Assembly: GCA_963845065.1 (NCBI GenBank)
Contig: CAWJQQ010000009.1
Location: 576,001-640,000, forward strand
Length of the DNA: 64,000 nt
Source: Nitrospirota bacterium
GTDB lineage: Bacteria; Nitrospirota; UBA9217
Direction: 5' to 3'
Positions 52,610 to 61,554 of this stretch are shown in pieces (within the stretch, counting starts at the first letter, position 1; each line of letters opens with the position of its first letter). The notes beneath the pieces were generated by a model, which ran no database searches, was not told the origin of the DNA, and saw nothing but the letters and a program-made list of their open reading frames with translations. Made by a program: the position numbers and the translations under genes.

Positions 52610-53038
52610 CGAAACCATGGGGATGGAAGCAGGAGTTAGGAAAGCTATACAAATGTTCATATATGTGCTATAATAAACATATGCATGGTCAAGAAGAAAC
52701 AAAAAACACCTCCCTTTATCCACGAGTTTCAGTTTACAACAAATCCAAAAAAATACGGGCGTTTGATATTCGGTTTGAAGCTGGCCGCCATCATTATAAT
52801 GCGTGCCTGAGCGAAGCGCTGAAACGTCTTGCCGCCATGAACCGATCCAAAAAATGGCGTTTTGCAGTTGAAGAGAAGAAAAACAAGCTTCGTAGCTTCA
52901 GTGTAAGTCTGAGATAGAACTGCTCGCAAGTTAAAGACGTAACAACGGCTGCCAAGATTAGCAACCGAATTTCTGTTGCCAAAGAGGCTGCTGGCACTGC
53001 TGTCAGAAACCACTAGCTTAGATATGGGGAGTAGTCGG
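52610..53038 (+). mobile_element. Internally deleted tnpB element, copy 3 (about 430 bp)
   Basis: TTAC|CGAAACCATGGGGATG, about 70 codons of tnpB 5' end, jump at AGCTTC to the omega-RNA region, end GGGGAGTAGTCGG. Confidence 0.8.
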
Positions 53039-53415
53039 CTACTAAGGTTAATATTACCTTATTTTTGCTATAATAGGTAATGGTTTCTGATGAATCAATG
53101 CCTCGGCAGAGAAGCTCGTCGGATTTCTTATGTTTCGTGACGAGACCTGATACATAGAAGCGGCCCAAGACATCGAGGATATGTTCTTCGATGCTGACTA
53201 TATATATAGAATCGAATGCGCACTACATCATCGAGTAGGCAGGCGCCAACAAGGCAAAGGTTTTGGAACTGGTTCAGAATTCGCCAGTCTACGTGTAATA
53301 AAAAATCCAGAATTATGAATTCATAGCGACTTCTGCAATTATCTGTAATAAAGCGAACAGTTTCACATCCTTGTATTTGACAAAATTTCATATTGGTGCT
53401 TTTATTGAAATAATT

Positions 53416-53483
53416 CTCGATAAAGCCAAAATCTTTCGCGAGAAGGAGACAGAAAGCTGCGGGTGTTAAAAGACAATATCCGG
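53416..53483 (+). ncRNA. Degenerate, 3'-truncated c-di-GMP-I (GEMM-I) riboswitch
   Basis: CGATAAAGCCAAA-TCTTTC-GCGA-GAAGGA-GACAGAAAGC..GGGT pattern with a GNRA tetraloop. Confidence 0.5.
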
Positions 53484-53622
53484 CTCCTTGCAGGCATCGG
53501 CCATCGTTAGAATACGAAGTTTGTATTCATCCGGAAAACGACGTCAAAAGGCTTTAGCCGGAACCTCTGGGTCCGGCAAGACAAAAACCACACCTTGAGG
53601 CAGGGAATCTTTGTAGCGCCAT
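53480..53622 (-). pseudogene. IS3-family OrfA N-terminal remnant
   Basis: PDPEVPAKAF*RRFPDEYKLRILTMADACKEP. Confidence 0.7.
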
Positions 53623-53764
53623 GGACTCTCTCGCTTCCCGAGGCAGATTTAATCTTTGCAGCTATCATAAAAATATCGCCTACCCACCCTTTCCTCTAAA
53701 TTGCCATAAGGGAGGTGTCTCAGCTATATCGTCACAGTGAGCATTACTGCTAGAGGAGGAACTA

Positions 53765-54550
53765 ATGCCGAAGTTTGCAGCGAATTTGACGATGCTCTTT
53801 ACCGAAGTCCCATTTATGGAGCGGTTTGCATCAGCACGGGACGCAGGCTTTTCAGCCATCGAATATTTATTCCCTTATGAGTTCGAAGCGGTCGAACTGA
53901 AAGCTCAACTAAGGCAAAACAGGTTAACACAAGTTTTGTTTAATCTTCCCGCCGGTAAATGGGAGGAAGGTGAGCGGGGAATTGCCGCAAATCCGGAACG
54001 AGTCGAAGAATTCCGTGCCGGAGTTGTAACAGCAGTAGAGTATGCTCTTGAACTCGGGGTGGGCGGGCTGAATTGTTTGGCCGGTAAGAGAATACGTGGT
54101 TATGATGACGACAAACAATGGTCAACCCTGGTTGAGAATGTGCGCTATGCGGGAAAAATATTGCACGAAAAGGGTTTGCGATTGATGATTGAACTGATTA
54201 ATCACTTCGATATCCCCAGTTTTTTTCTCAACCGGACCGAGCAGATACTTAAACTTATTGACGATGCGGGGATGCCGAATGTTTTCGTGCAGTATGATGT
54301 CTACCACGCTCAAAGAGAAGAGGGTGAACTGGCAGCCACATTGCGCAAACATATCGATAAAATCGGCCATATCCAGATAGCCGATAATCCCGGGCGGCAT
54401 CAGCCCGGTACCGGGGAAATAAACTATCAGTTTATTTTAAAGGAAATCGATGCATCAGGGTATCGGGGACACATCGGCCTTGAGTATGTGCCTATTCCTG
54501 ACAGCAAGTCTTCACTTGCTTGGATTACAGAATTCGGTTACAAACTCTGA
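53765..54550 (+). CDS. hyi: Hydroxypyruvate isomerase
   Basis: FAANLTMLF, EYLFPY, YDVYH, HIQIADNPGRHQPGTGEIN. Confidence 0.93.
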   Translation: MPKFAANLTMLFTEVPFMERFASARDAGFSAIEYLFPYEFEAVELKAQLRQNRLTQVLFNLPAGKWEEGERGIAANPERVEEFRAGVVTAVEYALELGVGGLNCLAGKRIRGYDDDKQWSTLVENVRYAGKILHEKGLRLMIELINHFDIPSFFLNRTEQILKLIDDAGMPNVFVQYDVYHAQREEGELAATLRKHIDKIGHIQIADNPGRHQPGTGEINYQFILKEIDASGYRGHIGLEYVPIPDSKSSLAWITEFGYKL

Positions 54551-54612
54551 TGGTGCCGTAACTTCTGTTTTAATCCGTGTTAATCAATTTTCATTAAGGA
54601 GCGGACAAAAAG

Positions 54613-55497
54613 ATGAAAATCGGTTTTATAGGCCTTGGAATAATGGGAAAACCCATGAGCAAAAATTTGCTGAAAGCCGGCTTTCAGCTTGTTGTTTTCA
54701 ATAGAAGCAAGGGTGCGGTGAGTGATCTTGTCGCTGCTGGGGCTAACGCTGCGGCGAATCCAATGGAAGTGGCGGAGCAGGCGGAGATCATCATCACGAT
54801 GCTGCCTAATTCTCCTCACGTGAGGGAGGTGGTTTTGGGAGAAGCTGGTATTATCGAAGGCGCGGCGAAGGGTTCTGTTGTCATAGATATGAGTTCTATT
54901 GCTCCGCTGGTGAGCCGTGAAATAGCTGCCAGGTTGGATGAAAAAGGCATAGATATGCTTGATGCACCCGTGAGCGGCGGAGAGCCTAAGGCCATCAACG
55001 CCACTCTTTCAGTGATGGTAGGTGGCAAAAAAGAGATTTTTGATAAGTGTTACCCTGTTATGAAAGCCATGGCAAGTTCCGTTGTGCTTGTCGGAAGTGC
55101 AGGAGCGGGCAATGTCGCAAAACTGGCCAACCAAGTCATAGTTGCACTTAACATCGCTGCTATGTCTGAGGCGTTAGTGCTGGCTGCTAAAGCCGGTGTA
55201 GACCCGGACCTCGTCTATCAGGCAATCCGCGGTGGACTTGCCGGCAGCGCTGTGCTGGATGCTAAAGCCCCGCTCATAATGGATCGTAAGTTCAATCCGG
55301 GGTTTCGGATCGATCTGCACATTAAAGATCTCAGCAACGTCCTGGAGACCTCGCACTCAATCGGAGTGCCATTACAGCTTACCGCTTCTGTAATGGAAAT
55401 TATGCAGGCCCTAAAAGTCGACGGTCTGGGCGATGCGGACCATGGAAGCTTGGTCCGCTACTATGAAAAAATGGCCGGTATTGAGGTAAAGCGGTAA
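54613..55497 (+). CDS. garR: 2-hydroxy-3-oxopropionate (tartronate semialdehyde) reductase
   Basis: GFIGLGIMG.PM, DAPVSGGE, KLANQVIVALNI, PGFRIDLHIKDL. Confidence 0.9.
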   Translation: MKIGFIGLGIMGKPMSKNLLKAGFQLVVFNRSKGAVSDLVAAGANAAANPMEVAEQAEIIITMLPNSPHVREVVLGEAGIIEGAAKGSVVIDMSSIAPLVSREIAARLDEKGIDMLDAPVSGGEPKAINATLSVMVGGKKEIFDKCYPVMKAMASSVVLVGSAGAGNVAKLANQVIVALNIAAMSEALVLAAKAGVDPDLVYQAIRGGLAGSAVLDAKAPLIMDRKFNPGFRIDLHIKDLSNVLETSHSIGVPLQLTASVMEIMQALKVDGLGDADHGSLVRYYEKMAGIEVKR

Positions 55498-55704
55498 TGA
55501 CAGGTGAGAGCAAGGTTGATCGACAAAGAATGCCTGCCATTGTATTTAAGTCATTTTTGTGCTATTTTTTAACTGATGTGGCGCCTTACGACATTGGGAA
55601 ACCTTTGTACTTCGCTGTCCGAGATAGTTGAATTGCTTCTGCCAAGGTCTAGAGAAACTTTTCGGGTTTGGAAGAGTAAAAATACGAGTAGGAGGAAAAA
55701 CGTG

Positions 55705-56979
55705 ATGAGATCGAAAAATTTTGTCAGAGTTTTATCAGTTACATTATTGGTGTTGCTGATCTTGGTGTTTTCCATTTCCGCGCAATCACAGCAGAATGTC
55801 ATCAAAATCGGCGCAGTCTATCCCCTGACCGGCAATATCGCATCAACTGGTCTGGACTGTAAGAGGGGCGTCGATCTGGCGGTAGATATTATTAACGGGA
55901 AATACGATCTTGACCTCCCCTTGGCGAGAAGTGAGGGTCTACCGAACCTAGGAGGTGCGAAAATAGAGATTGTATATGCCGATACCAAGGGGGACCCTAA
56001 AAATGGGATGTCCGAGACTGAGAGGATGATTACCTCGGAAAAGGTAGTTGCCATGATCGGGGCCTACCAGAGTGCTGTGACGAAAACTGCTAGTCAGATG
56101 ACCGAAAGGTTGCGAATTCCATATGTCTGCTCGGATTCTTCTTCTCCCACACTAACGGAAAGGGGATACAAATACTTTTTCAGGGTTAGCCCTCACGACG
56201 ATATTTTTGCCCGGGACCAGTTTCAGTTCCTGAAGGACCTGGAAAAGAAGACCGGGCAGAAAGTTCATAACGTTGCCGTGCTTTACGAAAATACAGAATT
56301 CGGCTCTAATGCTGGCAAGGCCTACAAGAAATATGCCGCTGAATTTGGTTATAATGTGGTAGCCGATATCGCATACACGGCCAACGCAACAGATGTGACC
56401 AGCGAGGTGGGCAAGCTCATCGTAAGCAAACCGGACATACTGATGCATGCTTCGTATATCACAGATGCCATTCTCTTTACCAAGACCTTCAAGGAAATGG
56501 GCTTTCAACCTAAAGGCATTCTGACTATGGCGGGTTATATTGAGCCGGGTTACTTGGCGGCGATAAAAGCTGATGGCAACTACATAATTGTCCGGTCGAC
56601 CTTTGCACTCGATCTTGGCAAGAATAAACCACTCGTGACCAAGGTCAACGACCTATTCAGAAAGAAATACGGTATAGACATGAGTGAGAACGCCGCCCGG
56701 AGCTTCATGGCCCCATTTGTCCTTGCCGAGGCTATAAACCGGGCAAAGTCCACAGATCCGGAAGCTATTGTTAAAGCTCTTCATGAGACTGACATTCCTG
56801 GCAACCAGACTATCTACCCATGGAAAGGGATCAAGTTCGACCCGCAAACAAACCAGAACATCTACGCGAGGGGAATGCTTGTTCAGATACAAAATCAGGA
56901 ATACGTAACAATCTGGCCTTTTGAGTCGGCTTCGAAGCCAGTAGTTTGGCCGTTCCCAGGATGGAAAGAAAGAAATTAG
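55705..56979 (+). CDS. LIV-type ABC transporter substrate-binding protein
   Basis: AGGAGG RBS, signal peptide, IKIG..PLTG, GAYQS, YFFR. Confidence 0.9.
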   Translation: MRSKNFVRVLSVTLLVLLILVFSISAQSQQNVIKIGAVYPLTGNIASTGLDCKRGVDLAVDIINGKYDLDLPLARSEGLPNLGGAKIEIVYADTKGDPKNGMSETERMITSEKVVAMIGAYQSAVTKTASQMTERLRIPYVCSDSSSPTLTERGYKYFFRVSPHDDIFARDQFQFLKDLEKKTGQKVHNVAVLYENTEFGSNAGKAYKKYAAEFGYNVVADIAYTANATDVTSEVGKLIVSKPDILMHASYITDAILFTKTFKEMGFQPKGILTMAGYIEPGYLAAIKADGNYIIVRSTFALDLGKNKPLVTKVNDLFRKKYGIDMSENAARSFMAPFVLAEAINRAKSTDPEAIVKALHETDIPGNQTIYPWKGIKFDPQTNQNIYARGMLVQIQNQEYVTIWPFESASKPVVWPFPGWKERN

Positions 56980-56995
56980 CAGGGGGGATCGATCC

Positions 56996-57856
56996 ATGCC
57001 TAATCAATTGCTTCAACAACTTGCCGATGGTTTATTAATCGGTCTGATGTATTCCTTGGTCGCCATCGGACTGACGCTTATTTGGGGCGTCATGAACATT
57101 GTGAATTTCGCCCACGGCGAATTCCTGATGCTCGGTATGTTCACCTCCTTCTGGCTCTTTACCCTGTATGGTATCGATCCCATTTTTTCGATTCCAATAT
57201 GTTTTGTCGGCATGTTTGTCATGGGCACGCTGATCTACCGCTTCATTGTGAGCAAGGTGATGAAGGGTCCCATTCTTGCTCAGTTGGTAGTGACCTTCGG
57301 TTTGAGCATCTTTATCTCCAATCTTGCTGTTTATTTCTGGACCCCGGATTTCCGACTTTTGCCAGCCACAATGCTCCATGGTACGTGGCAAATCGGCGGC
57401 ATCGAACTCAGTGTTCCCAAAGTCGCAGCCTCCATCGGGAGCGTAATAGCTTCTGTTTGCATGTTTTTTTTCCTGAAAAGGACGAAAACAGGCAAGGCTA
57501 TTTCGGCGACCGAGATGGATCGCGAAGCGGCCCTGCTCATGGGGATCAATACGGAACGCATCAACTCGCTTTCTTTTGGAATCGGCGCGGCCCTCGTCGG
57601 AGTGGCGGGGGCCTTTTTATCTACTTATTACTACATCTATCCTCAGGTGGGAGGTCTATTCGGGACCATTGCCTTTTGTGTCGTGGCCTTCGGCGGGTTC
57701 GGCAGCATTGAAGGGGCATTTATCGCTGGAATCCTGGTGGGGTTGGCGCAGACATTAGGCGGGTTCTTCTTCGATCCGTCCTACAAGTATGCCATTGTTT
57801 TCATGATTTATCTCATAACAATCTGGATAAGACCACAGGGCCTCATGGGGTGGTAG
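56996..57856 (+). CDS. LIV-type ABC permease (LivH-like)
   Basis: GLTLIWGV..VNFAHGE, RPQGL. Confidence 0.9.
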   Translation: MPNQLLQQLADGLLIGLMYSLVAIGLTLIWGVMNIVNFAHGEFLMLGMFTSFWLFTLYGIDPIFSIPICFVGMFVMGTLIYRFIVSKVMKGPILAQLVVTFGLSIFISNLAVYFWTPDFRLLPATMLHGTWQIGGIELSVPKVAASIGSVIASVCMFFFLKRTKTGKAISATEMDREAALLMGINTERINSLSFGIGAALVGVAGAFLSTYYYIYPQVGGLFGTIAFCVVAFGGFGSIEGAFIAGILVGLAQTLGGFFFDPSYKYAIVFMIYLITIWIRPQGLMGW

Positions 57857-57859
57857 CGC

Positions 57860-58825
57860 ATGCGTAATTTTACAGCTCGGCAGATTATTGCGGGATTTGC
57901 CATCCTCCTGCTGCTCATTGCCTTTCCCCTGGTATTCCGCCAGTCCTTTCATATTCATGTAATGATCCTGGTGTTCATGTTCGGCATGCTGGGAGTTGCG
58001 TGGAACATCATGGGCGGCTATGCTGGTATGTTTTCTTTTGGGCAGGCGGCCTTTTTCGGTATCGGCGCGTATACTTCTTCCTATTTATCTATCGCCTACG
58101 GGGTCAACCCGTGGATAGGACTCGTCGCAGGAGGCTGTGCCGCTGCTTTGGTGGCTTCAGCTATCGGGTATCCATGTTCCAACCTGAGGGGCCACTATTT
58201 TGCAATCGCCAGTATCGCATTTGCTGAAATCGTCAGGATTGTCTTCAACAACTGGAAAAGAGTGGGTGCGGCAGAAGGCCTCTCTTTGTCCATAAAGAAC
58301 GAGTCCTTCGGAAACTTCCTGTTCAACTCTTCGAAACTGCCCTATTACTATATCATGCTTGCCTTTCTTCTAGTTTCTCTGGCCGTTTCTTATTTCGTAG
58401 CCACCTCTAAAATGGGCTACTATTTCCGCGCGATTAAGGAGAGCCATAAAATTGCGGAATCCCTAGGTGTTGATGTCGTTTTGTACCGTCTCATGGCTAT
58501 TATGATAAGCGCCTTCCTGAGCGCTATGGCTGGTACATTTTACGCGCAATATATTCTTTACATCGATCCCGGGAGCGTCATGCTTCTCGCTACGTCTATC
58601 CAGATTGTTCTCATCGCGATGCTTGGAGGGGCGGGGAGCATTATGGGGCCCGTGGTTGGCGCAGCTATATTGATACCTACATCAGAATACACGCGTGTCG
58701 CTCTCGGTTACCAGGGAACAGGCATGGATATGCTTATATACGGGTTATTGATCACTCTCATTTCCATGTACTACCCCGAAGGAATCTGGAAACTTTTTGC
58801 CAGGATAGGCAGGAAACTGAAATGA
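57860..58825 (+). CDS. LIV-type ABC permease (LivM-like)
   Basis: WNI.GGYAG..SFG, LRGHYFAI, PEGI. Confidence 0.9.
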   Translation: MRNFTARQIIAGFAILLLLIAFPLVFRQSFHIHVMILVFMFGMLGVAWNIMGGYAGMFSFGQAAFFGIGAYTSSYLSIAYGVNPWIGLVAGGCAAALVASAIGYPCSNLRGHYFAIASIAFAEIVRIVFNNWKRVGAAEGLSLSIKNESFGNFLFNSSKLPYYYIMLAFLLVSLAVSYFVATSKMGYYFRAIKESHKIAESLGVDVVLYRLMAIMISAFLSAMAGTFYAQYILYIDPGSVMLLATSIQIVLIAMLGGAGSIMGPVVGAAILIPTSEYTRVALGYQGTGMDMLIYGLLITLISMYYPEGIWKLFARIGRKLK

Positions 58826-59562
58826 ACAAGGCGATCTGTTTGAAAGTCGCGGGGTTGTCGAAGCGGTTCGGCGGCCTGGCTGCAAACAACGATATCCACT
58901 TTTCTGTGGAGGAAGGGGAAATCGTCAGCGTTATTGGTCCCAACGGGGCCGGGAAATCTACCCTGTTCAATTGCGTGACCGGCTTCTACAAGCCGGACAG
59001 CGGCAACGTCTTCTTCTATGACAAGGAAATAACACGCATGCGGCCCGACAAGGTCTGCAACCTTGGAGTCGCGCGCACCTTTCAGATTGTAGAGGTGATC
59101 AGCGAAATGACGGTCCTTGAAAACGTTACGACGGGTGGGCTGTTGCGTTATCGCCGGATCAAACCCGCCATGGATAAAGCTGTCGAGATACTGGCTTTCA
59201 CGGGTCTTTATGAGAAAAAGGATTTCCTTGGGACGGAGCTGACTATTGCGGATAAAAAGAGGTTGGAGGTCTCCATGGCGCTGGCCACGCAGCCGCGATT
59301 GCTAATGCTTGACGAATCTATGGCCGGACTCAATAAAGTCGAGTTGCGGGAGATAATTGATCTCTTCAGGAAAATCAGAAACAAAGGAATGACCCTGGTC
59401 ATAGTAGAGCACGTGATGGAGGCCGTCATGCAGATATCTGACCGAGTCGTAGTCCTGAACAGCGGTAAAAAAATCATGGAAGGCACACCAAAAGAAGTGA
59501 GCTCGGACAGGGAAGTCATTCAAGCATATCTGGGGGAAAAGTACGGTGCTATCCTTAAATAA
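58822..59562 (+). CDS. LIV-type ABC ATPase (LivG-like)
   Basis: FGGL.A, GPNGAGKST, RTFQ, VEH. Confidence 0.9.
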   Translation: MNKAICLKVAGLSKRFGGLAANNDIHFSVEEGEIVSVIGPNGAGKSTLFNCVTGFYKPDSGNVFFYDKEITRMRPDKVCNLGVARTFQIVEVISEMTVLENVTTGGLLRYRRIKPAMDKAVEILAFTGLYEKKDFLGTELTIADKKRLEVSMALATQPRLLMLDESMAGLNKVELREIIDLFRKIRNKGMTLVIVEHVMEAVMQISDRVVVLNSGKKIMEGTPKEVSSDREVIQAYLGEKYGAILK

Positions 59563-60250
59563 TATTTCCGTGGGCTATAAGGGACTCCTGGCTGTTCAGG
59601 ACATTTCTTTCAAAATCAACGAAGGAGAGATAGTCAGCCTTATCGGTTCCAATGGTGCCGGAAAATCCACCATAGTCAAAACCATTGCGGGTCTTATTCA
59701 TCCCTGGAAAGGGGAAATTCTGTTCAAGAATGCCCCCATTCATCAGACCCAGCCTTTTGATATCGTAACAAAGGGTATCTCCATGGTTCCTGAGGGCAGG
59801 AAGCTCTTTGGCCGCCTGTCTGTTCTGGACAATCTCATGCTAGGGGCCTATACCGTCCGGTCCAAGTCTGACATCGAAAAGAATCTGCAAAGCGTCTTCA
59901 ATCTGTTTCCTATATTGAAGGAACGGCAGGAGCAGCGATCCGATACATTCAGCGGCGGAGAGCAGCAGGAGCTAGCCATTGGACGGGGACTTATGTCCAA
60001 CCCATCGCTGCTCATACTGGACGAGCCTTCGCTGGGACTGGGACCAAAATTGGTCTCGGACATTTTCAGGATTGTCAGGGAGATTAATGCCCGGGGCGTC
60101 ACTGTTTTGCTTGTTGAACAGAATGTCTATGAAGCCCTCGATATTTCCGTCAGCGCTTGTGTTCTTCAGACAGGCCGCATAGTCATGGAGGGGAAAGGGC
60201 AGGAATTGCTGAAGAGCGATCAAGTTAGAGAGGCATACCTCGGAATGTGA
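59546..60250 (+). CDS. LIV-type ABC ATPase (LivF-like)
   Basis: GSNGAGKST, VPEGR, SGGEQQ, DEPSLGL, AYLG. Confidence 0.9.
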   Translation: MLSLNNISVGYKGLLAVQDISFKINEGEIVSLIGSNGAGKSTIVKTIAGLIHPWKGEILFKNAPIHQTQPFDIVTKGISMVPEGRKLFGRLSVLDNLMLGAYTVRSKSDIEKNLQSVFNLFPILKERQEQRSDTFSGGEQQELAIGRGLMSNPSLLILDEPSLGLGPKLVSDIFRIVREINARGVTVLLVEQNVYEALDISVSACVLQTGRIVMEGKGQELLKSDQVREAYLGM

Positions 60251-60265
60251 ATGGAGGACCGGGCA

Positions 60266-61552
60266 ATGAATGTTAATATGAAATATGGCAAAACCGGACT
60301 GTCTCTTGATCTTCCAGGGGATATCGACGTTACGCTGATCCAAAAGAAAGCCATGCCTGTCCTCAAAAACCCAGAGGGAGCCATCAAGGCTGTCTTCGCG
60401 GCTCCGGTTAACAGCAAAAAGCTCCGTGAAGAGGCAAAGGGCTGCCGTAGTTGCTGCATCCTCATCTGCGATATCACCCGGCCCGTACCGAATGGCCATA
60501 TTCTCCCTCAACTGATAAAAGAGCTTATCGAGGCCGGGATGACCCCCGATTCGATCACAGTACTCGTTGCAACAGGTCTCCATAGACCGAATGAAGGGGA
60601 TGAGCTTCGCGAACTGGTCGGAAGCGACTGGGTCCTCGACACCGTTACAGTCGCCAACCATTTTGCGAGGCGGGATGATGATCATGAATACATAGGAACT
60701 ACATCGGGCGGTATTGAGATCAAACTCGACCGCCGCTTTGTCCGGGCAGATCTTCGCATTGTCATCGGTCTGGTGGAGCCCCATTTCATGGCCGGCTACT
60801 CCGGCGGACGAAAAATTGTCGCCCCGGGCGTTGCACATGAAAAGACGATACGCTCGTTCCACTGTGCGCGGGTACTGGAGGATTTCAAGTCTGCGAACTG
60901 TATTCTCGAGGGCAACCCGCTGCACGCTGCACAGATGGAGGTAGTGCAAATGGTGGGAAGGTGTTTGGCCGTCAATACGGTCATCAATGAAGACCGCCAA
61001 ATATCCTTTATCAATTTCGGCGAAATCGTAGCGAGTCACCTAGAAGCCGTTTCGTTTGTGCGGCCCTATGCGGAGATCCGCCTTAAAACAAGATTCAAGA
61101 CTGTCGTGACCAGTTCTGCGGGTTACCCGCTGGATAAAACTTATTACCAGACAGTCAAGGGGATGGTGGGTGCTCTCGAAATCCTGGAGCCGGGCGGGGA
61201 CCTCATCATTGTGTCAGCATGTTCGGAGGGAATGGGATCGCCTGACTATGCTGAAGCGCAACTGTGTCTCACCGACAAAGGACCCGATAGGTTCCTCCAT
61301 GGAATCATCGAGAAAAAGTACGCGGCTATCGATGAATGGCAAACGGAAATGCAGGTAAAGGCCATGAAAAGGGGCAATATTTTTCTCTTCACCGAGGGGT
61401 TGACGAAAAACCAGAAAGCACTTACAGGGGTCACCGTGATCGAATCGCCATTGGCCGCTATCACGGAGAGCGTGAAGGCACAAGGCGATCGCCGTGTGGC
61501 CATTATACCTGAAGGCCCTTATGCGATTCCGCTGTTTGTACCCAGGTTCTGA
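60266..61552 (+). CDS. Nickel-pincer-dependent racemase/epimerase, LarA family (alternative start 60251)
   Basis: DITRP, ATGLHR, EPHFMAGYSGGRK, GYPLD..YQTVKG, DEWQ, IPEGPY. Confidence 0.9.
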   Translation: MNVNMKYGKTGLSLDLPGDIDVTLIQKKAMPVLKNPEGAIKAVFAAPVNSKKLREEAKGCRSCCILICDITRPVPNGHILPQLIKELIEAGMTPDSITVLVATGLHRPNEGDELRELVGSDWVLDTVTVANHFARRDDDHEYIGTTSGGIEIKLDRRFVRADLRIVIGLVEPHFMAGYSGGRKIVAPGVAHEKTIRSFHCARVLEDFKSANCILEGNPLHAAQMEVVQMVGRCLAVNTVINEDRQISFINFGEIVASHLEAVSFVRPYAEIRLKTRFKTVVTSSAGYPLDKTYYQTVKGMVGALEILEPGGDLIIVSACSEGMGSPDYAEAQLCLTDKGPDRFLHGIIEKKYAAIDEWQTEMQVKAMKRGNIFLFTEGLTKNQKALTGVTVIESPLAAITESVKAQGDRRVAIIPEGPYAIPLFVPRF

Positions 61553-61554
61553 AC

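Noticed and set aside
59972..61039. Long antisense ORFs (355 aa here; also 11436..12080, 28781..29428, 45786..46376)
   Set aside because: Shadow frames of well-supported genes with no recognisable motifs
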